64,000 nt of DNA from Ignavibacteriota bacterium (GTDB taxonomy: Bacteria; Bacteroidota; Ignavibacteria; Palsa-1295): contig CAWBEI010000003.1 in assembly GCA_963787835.1 (NCBI GenBank), positions 160,001 to 224,000 of the forward strand, in the 5' to 3' direction. Shown here piece after piece: positions 1 to 9,648 of the stretch. The notes below the pieces were generated by a model. It was not told where the DNA came from, searched no databases, and saw only the letters and a program-made list of their open reading frames with translations. Numbering within the stretch: the stretch's first letter is position 1; each line of letters starts with the position of its first letter. A program made the position numbers and the translations under genes.

Positions 1-2
1 CA

Positions 3-47
3 AAACTCGACATCGCGAAGCTGGAACAAGCGTATCAACAAGGATAA
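3..47 (+). CDS. 3' end of a VOC/PhnB-like protein (partial, runs off window start)
   Basis: Frame 3 reads KLDIAKLEQAYQQG-stop, resembling the KLDIxxLxxAY terminus of PhnB-type VOC proteins; directly upstream of two more VOC genes. Confidence 0.55.
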   Translation, partial: KLDIAKLEQAYQQG

Positions 48-104
48 TCATTGTGTAACAATGATCATCGAACTTCTAAAACTATTAACTTACTAAAAAC
101 AACC

Positions 105-551
105 ATGGCAAAACTCAATCCATACATTAACTATCAAGGGAATACCGAGGAAGCATTCAACTTCTACAAATCTGTGTTTGGCGGCGATTTCTCCAGTATC
201 GTTCGCTTTAATGATATGCCGGTCGATGCTAACTCCATGCCCGGTGGTAAGCCCCTTGCTCCAGATGAAGCGACCAAGATCATGCATATTGCTCTGCCGG
301 TTGGCGGAAATACAATGATGGCGACCGATATGCTGGAATCCCAAGGGCATTCGCTTCGTCTGGGAAATAATCTCACACTCTCCCTCGAAGCTGATAGCAA
401 GGAAGAAGCAGATAAGCTATTCAACGGCCTTTCAGCAGGTGGAAAAGTCGGAGCTCCCATCGCGGACGCACCCTGGGGCGCCTACTGGGGTATGCTCACC
501 GACAAATTCGATGTGCAATGGATGGTGAACTATACCTATCCTAAAAAATAA
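105..551 (+). CDS. VOC family protein (PhnB-like)
   Basis: LNPYINYQGNTEEAFNFYKSVFGG, IMHIAL and WGAYWGMLTDKFDVQWMVN motifs; ATG at 105 preferred over TTG at 51. Confidence 0.9.
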   Translation: MAKLNPYINYQGNTEEAFNFYKSVFGGDFSSIVRFNDMPVDANSMPGGKPLAPDEATKIMHIALPVGGNTMMATDMLESQGHSLRLGNNLTLSLEADSKEEADKLFNGLSAGGKVGAPIADAPWGAYWGMLTDKFDVQWMVNYTYPKK

Positions 552-581
552 GAATCTCACATCATTAACAGGAGGAATAAT

Positions 582-962
582 ATGTTAGGGAATAAGGATG
601 CTATTGCAACCATTGCTGTGAAAGATATTGATGCTGCCAGAAAATACTACGAAGGAACTCTCGGCTGGAAGATAGCCGAGAGTGGCAGTGGAGATGAGGG
701 TGTCAGTTTCCAAACTGGAAATTCAACGATCTTCGTTTATCGCTCGCAATTCGCCGGGACGAATCAAGCTACTGCATTGACCATAAAAGTCGGGAACGAA
801 CTCGACGATGTCGTACAGTCACTGAAAGCGAAAGGTGTGACATTCGAGCACTACGATATGCCAGGAATGACTCGAAACGGCGATATTCATGGCGAAGGAA
901 ATATGAAAGCCGCTTGGCTTAAGGATCCAGATGGGAATATTCTTGCGCTCGTAAACGGATAA
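582..962 (+). CDS. VOC/glyoxalase family protein
   Basis: IAVKDIDAARKYYEGTLG and AWLKDPDGNILAL motifs; AGGAGG RBS upstream. Confidence 0.9.
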   Translation: MLGNKDAIATIAVKDIDAARKYYEGTLGWKIAESGSGDEGVSFQTGNSTIFVYRSQFAGTNQATALTIKVGNELDDVVQSLKAKGVTFEHYDMPGMTRNGDIHGEGNMKAAWLKDPDGNILALVNG

Positions 963-991
963 GACTCCGCTTCAGAGTGGTTACTCCCATA

Positions 992-1031
992 TGCCATGTA
1001 GGACGTTGCAAGTGCAAAGCTCTACATGGCA
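992..1031. repeat. GTAG-type REP-like palindrome
   Basis: tgccatGTAG-gacgttgca-ag-tgcaaagct-CTACatggca: perfect 10-bp outer arms with an imperfect inner stem, intergenic. Confidence 0.6.
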
Positions 1032-1099
1032 CGCTATTATCGTGAACCTTCCTATCTGTTCAGGAATTAGTACACTGGGCACCATAGGTGCGATTTACG

Positions 1100-2710
1100 A
1101 TGGCTCATATTCTTATTATTGACGACGAAGCCGGGATCCGCGATACACTTGCGATGATCTTCGAATATGAGCAGCATCTTGTCACAACCGCTGAAAGCGG
1201 CATCGAGGGTCTTAAAATTGCCCAAAACGCCGAAACGCCAATCGATTGCGTACTTCTTGATGTCAAAATGCCTGGAATGGACGGCCTGGAGACACTTGAA
1301 AAGCTAAAAGAAGTGCGACCCGAGGTCCCCGTCATCATGATATCAGGACATGGCACGATCGAGACTGCCGTGGAAGCAACGAAGCGAGGTGCATTCGATT
1401 TCGTCGAAAAGCCACCTGATCGGCAGCGCCTCCTGCTCCTGGTCCGCAACGCAACAGAAAAGAAACAGCTCGTCAGTGAGAACCGCCTGATGCGCGAGCG
1501 GCTCAAAGGTAAAGAGCGTATGCTCGGTACCTCTGCTGCCATGCGAGCTATTCGGGCAATGATCGAGCGTGTTGCGCCAACGGATGCTCGTGTGTTGATC
1601 ACCGGCGCGAACGGTGTCGGTAAGGAACTTGTTGCCCGCGCGATCCACAGGGCTTCGAAGCGCTCTGACAGGCCCTTTGTCGAAGTAAATTGTGCCGCCA
1701 TACCGAAAGACCTTATAGAGAGCGAGCTTTTCGGCCATGAGAAAGGCTCCTTCACTGGAGCACTCACCCAACGGATCGGCAAATTCGAGCAAGCCGATCA
1801 AGGTACACTTTTTTTAGACGAGGTGGGCGATATGTCCCTTGACGCTCAAGCCAAAATGCTGCGCGTGATCGAGGAAGGTCGGCTTGAACGTGTCGGCAGT
1901 TCTTCCGGACGTCCGATTCCCGTCAATGTTCGTATTCTTGCGGCAACCAATAAAAACTTAGCGGAAGAAATACATCATGGTCGATTTCGCGAGGATTTAT
2001 ATCATCGCCTGAATGTCATACCCATTTTCATCCCACCGTTACGTGACCGGCGCGAGGATATACCCATGCTCGTCCGTGAATTCAGCAAGGAGTTCGCAGC
2101 GGAAATGAACCGTAAGCCCATTCGTTTCGATGATGCCGCGATGAAGTTGCTCACATCGCTCCCCTTCTCCGGCAATATCCGCGAACTGAGGAATGTGATA
2201 GAGCGTATTGTCATTCTCGTTCCGAAGGAGGTCGTGCATCTCGACGATGTCGAGCATCTGGGGCTAGCATTTTCGATGCCGGAACATTCACCATTATCTC
2301 AAGATGGGGCACCCTCACGAGATGTCAATTTCTTTGAGCAACCTGCAAGTGATTTCGCATTAGCCAATCCTCTACTGGACACCAATTACCAGGATAGGGA
2401 CGGATCAACCATTGGCAGAACGGATCAGTATGTTATGAATGCAGGGGAAACAAATCCACTTGACGAGGCTATGCAAGCTCAAACGTTTCAAGATTTTAAA
2501 GATCGAGCGGAAAAAGCATTCATTGAAGAAAAACTCCGTGAACAAAATTGGAACATCAGCCGGACGGCAGAGGCATTAGACATTCAACGCTCCCACCTCT
2601 ATACCAAAATGCGAAAGTTCGGTTTGATGAAGGATGGACGCGCTCAAGAGATTCCACCGAATGAACAAGACCCGGAAATACCGGATGAAGATAACGACGA
2701 TGTTCTTTGA
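1100..2710 (+). CDS. Sigma-54-dependent response regulator (NtrC/NtrX family; REC-AAA+-HTH)
   Basis: REC (IIDDE, LLDVKMP), Walker A GANGVGKE, ELFGHEKGSFTGA, Walker B LFLDEVGD, Fis-type HTH WNISRTAEALDIQRSHLYTKM. Alternative GTG start at 1088. Confidence 0.93.
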   Translation: MAHILIIDDEAGIRDTLAMIFEYEQHLVTTAESGIEGLKIAQNAETPIDCVLLDVKMPGMDGLETLEKLKEVRPEVPVIMISGHGTIETAVEATKRGAFDFVEKPPDRQRLLLLVRNATEKKQLVSENRLMRERLKGKERMLGTSAAMRAIRAMIERVAPTDARVLITGANGVGKELVARAIHRASKRSDRPFVEVNCAAIPKDLIESELFGHEKGSFTGALTQRIGKFEQADQGTLFLDEVGDMSLDAQAKMLRVIEEGRLERVGSSSGRPIPVNVRILAATNKNLAEEIHHGRFREDLYHRLNVIPIFIPPLRDRREDIPMLVREFSKEFAAEMNRKPIRFDDAAMKLLTSLPFSGNIRELRNVIERIVILVPKEVVHLDDVEHLGLAFSMPEHSPLSQDGAPSRDVNFFEQPASDFALANPLLDTNYQDRDGSTIGRTDQYVMNAGETNPLDEAMQAQTFQDFKDRAEKAFIEEKLREQNWNISRTAEALDIQRSHLYTKMRKFGLMKDGRAQEIPPNEQDPEIPDEDNDDVL

Positions 2711-2763
2711 AAATATTTTTAGAACTATCGCTTATCACTGTGCGTTAATCGCGCCTACAAAAC

Positions 2764-2979
2764 ATGAGTGAATCACTAAAAGACAAAATGGAGCGCGCAC
2801 TTTCGGATGGATTCGAGCGCGCACAAGAAGAAAAAGTTCGCGAACTCAACCGCCTCTCGGTCACTGGAAAGAAAATTTCTCGCAAGGACTACAACACGAA
2901 GAATCTTGCAGATATTTATCTCGAATTAGGTCTCGAATATCCCAGCGGCATACCGCATTTGGAATATTCAAAAGCTTAA
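2764..2979 (+). CDS. Small hypothetical protein (71 aa)
   Basis: ATG-started ORF filling the gap after the regulator; charged, helical-looking composition; no family recognised. Confidence 0.55.
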   Translation: MSESLKDKMERALSDGFERAQEEKVRELNRLSVTGKKISRKDYNTKNLADIYLELGLEYPSGIPHLEYSKA

Positions 2980-3016
2980 AAAGCCGTTAGCCTGCTGGGT
3001 TGCTAAATTCTCCGGA

Positions 3017-3577
3017 TTATTCTGATTGGTTCGGTCGATATTTTATGCGCATACGTTCCCACCAGTCTATAAATCTTCGAAAATAATGCCGTTGCGGCTC
3101 TAATAATAGATTGTAATCTGCCGCGCAGGCATCGAAGCCTACAGACAGCGATGGCGTTGCAGCATGAGGTACAATTTTCAGAGTATAATGCTCATCACCG
3201 GCACATTGCTGATTAAGATCGTTCGAGTCGATCGCATAGAGTCTCCCATTTCGGATCAGCATTCTAAGAGAATCCATGTCAGGGGGATCTAAAGATGCCA
3301 TTGCAGTCAGGTCTTGATATTTCCCCTGCGAATTCATGGGAGAGGTGTGAACTGCAATCGTCCCAGAGGTATCTATCGTCCAGGAATCCGGCTGCTTATT
3401 CCTCCCTCCTATTGCACTGATATACAGGCTAAACTTAAAATTTACCGGGAGCGGATTTGTGGGGTCGATCTTGGTGACAGCAGGACGAGCTGTATCTGCA
3501 CTTGATTTCTCTATCTGCTTGCTTTGACACGAGGCCAGCAAGAGGGTGAAAAATAGAATACTTCTGTTAATTTTCAT
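3017..3577 (-). CDS. Hypothetical lipoprotein
   Basis: MKINRSILFFTLLLASC lipobox; start abuts the nagZ stop, suggesting an operon. Confidence 0.75.
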   Translation of the reverse strand: MKINRSILFFTLLLASCQSKQIEKSSADTARPAVTKIDPTNPLPVNFKFSLYISAIGGRNKQPDSWTIDTSGTIAVHTSPMNSQGKYQDLTAMASLDPPDMDSLRMLIRNGRLYAIDSNDLNQQCAGDEHYTLKIVPHAATPSLSVGFDACAADYNLLLEPQRHYFRRFIDWWERMRIKYRPNQSE

Positions 3578-5119
3578 TTATGCTTTAAGTCTCTCCACCG
3601 CAGCAAAGATCGAAACAGTCGATTCGCTGAAGGTCTTCATAACAAATGAAGGTGATGTTTCAAATTCCGAATCAAGGTACGGACTTCCAAAAAGAATGAG
3701 TCCTTGGAGCATAATCCCCTTCTCTGGTGAAGACGTAGCTATCGCCCTGATAATGGTTGGGACAGAAATCCTCTCACTAACAGGATCGACATAGCCACGC
3801 GCACGGTGGAATGTGACAAGAATGGTATCTACCCCGATATTCGCGCTTTCTGAAAACCAATTTTTAGTTGTGAAAACTTTAACTTCTGAAACGAAAGGTC
3901 TGATAAGATTTTCAAACAACTTAGACTTATCTATGGCTTCGGGGCGATCATCCGATAGAATAACTATATGAACCCCATCTAACCGTAGATTGCCTCTGAT
4001 TTTGATAGCCTTTCGTGCGATTTCTTCAGAAAGCACTGAATGCTCCGCTGCATATTCTGCTAATCGCTCTGGGTGAACAGAGTCAATCGCAAGATGCGTC
4101 ATTAGTTTAAGCTTTCGAATTCGATCAACTCGTTTGTTGACATCTTCAATGCTTATTCGCCCTAATTCGAGGGCCTGAACAAGAGCATTGAAAGTTGAAA
4201 GTGGGTCGGGAGTCAGAAGTAAAATATCTGCCCCTGCCTCAAAAGCAAACAGCGCTGCTTCATCGGCTCCAAAATATTCTGTGATCGCACGCATTTCGAG
4301 GGCATCGGTGACGATGACGCCTTCAAAACCAAGCCGCTCTCTCAAAAGCCTTGTTGTAAGTGCTGCTGAAAGCGTTGCAGGAAGATGTTGCTCCTGAACA
4401 TTTGCTCCGAAATAAGCTGCAAGCTTTGGTGCGGCAAGATGCCCTGTCATCACAGTCGAAACTCCGCACCGGATAAGAGCCCTAAATGGGGGCAATTCGA
4501 GATCTTCAAAACTCTCCCATGATCGTTCTATAACCGGACGTTTGCGATGGGAATCAATATCGGTATCTCCGTGACCCGGGAAGTGTTTTGCTGTAGCAAC
4601 AACCCCCTCCGATTGCAAACCAAGCATGAAGGCAGTAGCATATTCAGCAACAGTATCGGGATCCTCTCCGAAGGAACGGGTATTAATGATGGGATTTTTC
4701 GGATTGGAATTTACATCCGCGACCGGCGCAAAATTCCAAGATAGTCCTATTGCTCGCATTTCTCGCGCGATAGCCTGTCCGGATTTAAAGGCAAGTTCTG
4801 GCTCGCCCGTCTTCGCTATTGCCATCGCATCGGGAAATTCCGTCCCACCCTTAGCCAGCCGCATTGGGAGCCCAAATTCACAGTCGCAAGAAAAAAGAAA
4901 TGGCAAGCTTCCAGTGGAAGCTGCTATTCCCTGCAACTCTATGATAATATCCGCAACGGCGTTAGGGCTTCCGCCAAAGATGCAAAACCCTCCTGCCATC
5001 CCGTTCTTCGCTAAATATCGAATTGAGTCAGCATATTGCTCATCGGATGAATAATCATCGATATTAAGGCGGGGCATGATGAGCTCGCCAAGAAGTGCTC
5101 TTTGTTCGGATTCAAGCAT
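3578..5119 (-). CDS. nagZ: GH3 beta-N-acetylhexosaminidase (NagZ-like)
   Basis: KHFPGHGDTDIDSH motif, NFAPVADVNSNPKNPIINTRSFG, nucleophile region VTDALEM; no signal peptide. Confidence 0.88.
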   Translation of the reverse strand: MLESEQRALLGELIMPRLNIDDYSSDEQYADSIRYLAKNGMAGGFCIFGGSPNAVADIIIELQGIAASTGSLPFLFSCDCEFGLPMRLAKGGTEFPDAMAIAKTGEPELAFKSGQAIAREMRAIGLSWNFAPVADVNSNPKNPIINTRSFGEDPDTVAEYATAFMLGLQSEGVVATAKHFPGHGDTDIDSHRKRPVIERSWESFEDLELPPFRALIRCGVSTVMTGHLAAPKLAAYFGANVQEQHLPATLSAALTTRLLRERLGFEGVIVTDALEMRAITEYFGADEAALFAFEAGADILLLTPDPLSTFNALVQALELGRISIEDVNKRVDRIRKLKLMTHLAIDSVHPERLAEYAAEHSVLSEEIARKAIKIRGNLRLDGVHIVILSDDRPEAIDKSKLFENLIRPFVSEVKVFTTKNWFSESANIGVDTILVTFHRARGYVDPVSERISVPTIIRAIATSSPEKGIMLQGLILFGSPYLDSEFETSPSFVMKTFSESTVSIFAAVERLKA

Positions 5120-5204
5120 TGAATACTATTAACAGCGAGAGTGAAAGTGTCAGTCCCGATGAGGAGCTTTCATAAGCGCCAATGAGTTCAAGATTCACCA
5201 ATTC

Positions 5205-8200
5205 ATGCAACCAACCCCATCGCAAACAAAGGCGCTTTCGACGGACCGGCACCTGGCTATCACCGCTAACGCTGGCAGCGGAAAGACTCGCGTATTAGTT
5301 AATCGGTATGTTGATCTTTTCGTGCGGTATCCAGATCTCACGGTACGTAATGTTGTAGCAATTACCTTTACTGAAAACGCTGCCGCAGAGCTGAGGGCGA
5401 AAATCAGCAAGGAGATAAATGATCGCCTCAAAAACACGGAGCAATATAAGCCCGATGTCTGTGCGCGTCTCCGCATTATCCGAGATTCGCTTCCAAGCGC
5501 GTTCATCGGTACCATCCATGGTTTTGCTTCAAGACTCCTCCGCGCTTACCCCGTCGAAGCAAATATCGATGCAAGCTTCATTATTGTAACCGGGGCAGAT
5601 CAACGCTTGCTTGCTGAAGATGCTATAGGTAGCGTTTTTTATTCCGAGTTAGAACAAGCATATCAGGAGCCGACGGAAAATTCATCGTTGAATTTATTTC
5701 GAACGATCGGAAGACATGGCGTAACCAATCTGGTCAGGACCCTCTTGAACAACCGAATGCGAGCAGCAAGGATAACGAAAGATCTACTCTCGAAAAGTGA
5801 TACGGATATTTTGGCTTTTTGGCGGGGTGCGATAGAGCATTCCCTCAATTTTATTGATTCTCGAAAGACAAAGGATTTCCTGAATGAACTAACAAGATAT
5901 TTTAAATCAGGGAAAATTGCGATGGGTGTGCTTCCGGTGCTGCAAGTATATCTATTGTCTACGGGGTTCTTTGAGACCACACTTGCATTCTCTGAACTGG
6001 CAATATCATTGATCACGAATTCTGGAACCCTTCGAAAGAATATCATCGATGAGGAGAGCGTTCCCCATACTCAGCTTACCGAGATCAATCAATTGATTGA
6101 CACGGTCTCGAAAATTCGTCCACTCTTGGATCAATGCCCGGCGAATGAAGAGGAATTTACGAAGGTGCATCAACAGTATCTTGCTCAGCTTCGAACAGCT
6201 TTTGCTATTTACGATCAAGTGCTTCTTGAATATTCGTCGGTTAAGAATGATTATAGTTTGCTCGATTTTGACGACCTGATCGAGAAATTTCTTGCCTTGC
6301 TCGAAAATCCAACATTTCGAGACGAAATTACACAAGAGTTCCGATTCGTCATGATCGATGAATATCAAGATACTGATGAAAGCCAATTTGAACTTGCTAA
6401 AAGGCTAACAGAGAATTTTGGAAGCACAAATAATCTCGCCATTGTGGGAGATCCCAAGCAGGCGATCTATACGTTCCGTAATGCTGATCCGGAAGTATTC
6501 TCACAAACACGTGATGCTATCGCGCAGCAATTGCTTTCTGATGAGTCGAATAACGAGTCCGCACGGCTGTCACTTTCACCGCTTGAAGAGCAGGGATGGA
6601 TCGAGCTTGGTGAATCCTTCCGCATGACCCGCACACCACTTGCGGCAATAAATCACCTCTTTCGCAACCTGCTGAGTCAGCCAGAGCAGAAGTATTCTGA
6701 ACTTATTCATGCCCGAAAAACAAAGCTCGACGGAAGATTTGAATGGATTTGTCCTCCAGATGGATCAAATAAAAAAGGCATCGACTTGTCTTCTTCTGAA
6801 GATAGTATTGATGAAAATAATAATGATGAAGAATTAACCGAGACTACACTCATTGCCCAGAAGATCCGAAGCATCGTTCAACATACAGATTCTAATTACG
6901 ATATTGAAGATAAAGAAATCGTTCGAAAACCAGAGTATGGTGATATTGCAATTCTCCTACGTTCACGTGGCAACCTTCGAATGCTAGAGCGTTCTCTCAA
7001 TCAAGCCCAGATCCCTTATATTGTCTCAAAGGGTTCGGGGTTTTTTGAACAACAGGAAATTCTAGATATTACGAGCTACCTACAATTCCTTGCCTCACAA
7101 TCGAATGATATTGCTCTTGCCTCGATCCTACGTTCGCCATTTTTCGCAATATCTGACGTTGAATTGTTCCAAATAGCCCACCATAACTCTGCTCATCGTC
7201 AAACCAAAAGTGAATCGTGGACTTTTTGGCAGCAGTTCCAAAGTTATGCAGAATATTGTAACGATACCCACCTCCTTTGGAGCCTGAATCAACTTCAAGA
7301 GAACATTGCTCTAAGTGGTAGAACAAGAACCGCGCTTCTGATTGAGAAGATCTATTCAGAATCAGGAATTTTTGCATCCTTACAATCAGCTCCGCAATCC
7401 TCGCAAAAGATAGCTAATCTTGAGAAATTCCTCACTCAGGCCCGCACTTCGGATCAAAGCGGTTTCTCCGGGCTCCTCGACTTTGTCGATCGAATACAAT
7501 ACCTGACCGAATCCGAGGAACAGGAATCTCAGGCCGATCTTACATCTGAGCACGGTGCCGTTCACATTATGACCGTCCATGCAGCCAAGGGCCTTGAATT
7601 TCCGATCGTTATACTTCCCTTTCTGCAAAAGAAATTTAATTTTGACCATCTGCATTTGCTGGATAAGCAACTCGGGCTGCAGATAAGAAATCCCGATGAT
7701 AAATCTCAACCGATCATCGCAGAACTTATTCATCAACGTTCAAAAGCCAGCACCATTGCAGAAGAGAAACGGATTTTGTATGTAGCCATGACTCGTGCTC
7801 GTGACCATCTAATTCTTTCATCTACACTACCCGAGAAACCAAACGAACACTCATGGCTGGCCTGGATATATGAAAGATTCGGGGTTCCATCATCTGAAAA
7901 TCAACTTACCCTTGATGAGATTGTTTCTTATTATGATTCGATGACAAAAGAAATACATTCCGAGCAGTTCCAATTCACAATCCCTCTCATTCGCTCACTT
8001 TCCGATATCCCGGAGATTCCTGAACTGACCACGAAGGAACCCATTCCCATAGCGCCTCAAATCTACCTCGGCCCACTGGAGGTAAGCCATTTCACTGCCC
8101 CTTTTAGTGCTACGCGGTTGCTAAGATTCAAAGAATGTCCTACGAAATATCATCTTTCGAATGTTCTTGGAATGCCAGAAGAGCCAAAACTTGCGTTGGA

Positions 8201-8934
8201 TTTGGATCCCGATGAATATTCCGAACGCGTTCAAGGAACCCTGCTCGGTCAGATAGTTCATAAGACGCTAGAACATATAGATCGCATTGCTCCAACGGGA
8301 ACACTCGACAATAAGATCTTCAAGGTCGAAATAGAACGGTGTCCTCGATTCGCTCGAGATATCAGACGATATAGATCGAGCAAAATATTTCGATGCTGCG
8401 CAAAAACATGTAACTTCGTTCATCGAATCACCGATTGCCCGGCAAGTTCGATCATCCACAAATTCCCGCTCAGAGCTCCCGCTTCAAACTTTACTTCCAT
8501 CCGGCGATACTCTTTTCGGGATTATTGACTGCCTTTACCAAGATCTAGATGGCACCTGGACCATCCTTGATTGCAAGACTGACTCCAACGCTACCGATAA
8601 AAGCATCACTCGTTATCAATTCCAACTTCAGTTCTATGCCTATCTGGTTCACCTCAAGTATCCGAATGCCGGAGCAATCCGATGCATCCTTTTCTTTACC
8701 GCGACTGGCGAGACAAAAGAATTTCAATTCTCAAGTTCCGATTTCTCCAACTTTTCTGAGGAATGTACCAATCTCATCCAACAAATTCGAGAGCAAGAAA
8801 ACATTTCCGATCTAACCTTGCTTCCTCGCAACCTCGAACATTGTCCAGAATGCCGGTTCTTCGATCAAGCATCGAACCAGTGTATCGTTCTTGCTGCTAA
8901 TCTTCAAAACCCAACGGCGATCCCGGCCATATAG
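5205..8934 (+). CDS. UvrD-type helicase fused to a PD-(D/E)xK nuclease (AddA/AdnB-like); one-base frameshift at ~8337-8341
   Basis: ANAGSGKT, VMIDEYQD, VGDPKQAIYTFR, MTVHAAKGLEF, LYVAMTRARD. From 8341 the +1 frame reads GIIDCLY..ILDCKTD..FQLQFYA..HCPECRFFDQASNQC to TAG at 8932-8934. Confidence 0.85.
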
Positions 8935-9632
8935 CCTATTTCACTGATGGCCCGAAGTGCTGGACCATTGTAGGCTTCCCCACCATCTCCGATCGGCCCA
9001 ATGAGTGGGAATGACCAATATCTTCCCATCAATTCGATCGCGACCTCATAGGAATCGCTTTGATAGACCGAATATCGTGCTCGAAGAAATACACTGATCA
9101 GCAGTGCGTCCCATGAAGTCGATGAAGGATTAGATGATTGAGCCTTCGTTACTGAATCATAAACGTTTGCATTTGCTCCACCTAATCCAAATCCTACTCC
9201 GATGCCTGCACCCAATCGGAACCCTCCTTCACTGATAAAATTCCGCAGTGTTTCGATCCCAACCGTTGTCATATCAAGCGACTCTTGTACCGACGCCGGA
9301 TAGTTGGGATTTTTTCCAGAAGCATACGTCGACCACATCCCATTCCAATCGCGAGTCTCGTTTACATTCTCGATAAAAACGGATACCGACTGTACGCCAT
9401 TCGAAGCAAAGCTATAGTATAAATGTTCGATCGCCGGATTCGTAAAAAATCCCCGGTTCGTTTCATTGGCAGAGATCAGCGGCTTCTGCCCATTGATAGC
9501 AAGCCACAGCCCTATCTCATGCGGCATGTTCTGGGCTCTTGCAGTGGATAGTGGATAGTGAATAGTGGATAGCCCAAAAACAATTGGCACTAACCACCTA
9601 AAACTATTCTTCCTCCACTTTCCACTATTCAC
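8904..9632 (-). CDS. Secreted protein, probable outer-membrane beta-barrel
   Basis: Signal-like N-terminus ending ARA-Q, alternating beta-strand pattern, terminal GIAVGF (C-terminal Phe). Confidence 0.7.
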   Translation of the reverse strand: MNSGKWRKNSFRWLVPIVFGLSTIHYPLSTARAQNMPHEIGLWLAINGQKPLISANETNRGFFTNPAIEHLYYSFASNGVQSVSVFIENVNETRDWNGMWSTYASGKNPNYPASVQESLDMTTVGIETLRNFISEGGFRLGAGIGVGFGLGGANANVYDSVTKAQSSNPSSTSWDALLISVFLRARYSVYQSDSYEVAIELMGRYWSFPLIGPIGDGGEAYNGPALRAISEIGYMAGIAVGF

Positions 9633-9648
9633 TATCCGTTATCAACTA
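9543..9648. repeat. Inverted pair of heptamer tandem arrays, (AGTGGAT)x4 and (TCCACTA-like)x5
   Basis: Units at 9543-9570 and 9614-9648 read directly from the sequence. Confidence 0.8.

Noticed and set aside
1730-1765. GSFTGA instead of GAFTGA in the sigma-54 activator
   Set aside because: A common variant, not evidence of inactivation.
1105-1801. Long antisense ORFs here and within sdhA, ptsI, the cyclase and the fibre gene
   Set aside because: Shadows of well-supported genes on the opposite strand with no motifs of their own.
2702-2716. GTTCTTTGAAAAT boxA-like motif at the regulator stop codon
   Set aside because: Overlaps coding sequence and lacks the other blocks of the dispersed element; may be chance.
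8341-8934. Stand-alone Cas4 gene
   Set aside because: No start of its own; it is the frameshifted nuclease domain of the upstream helicase.
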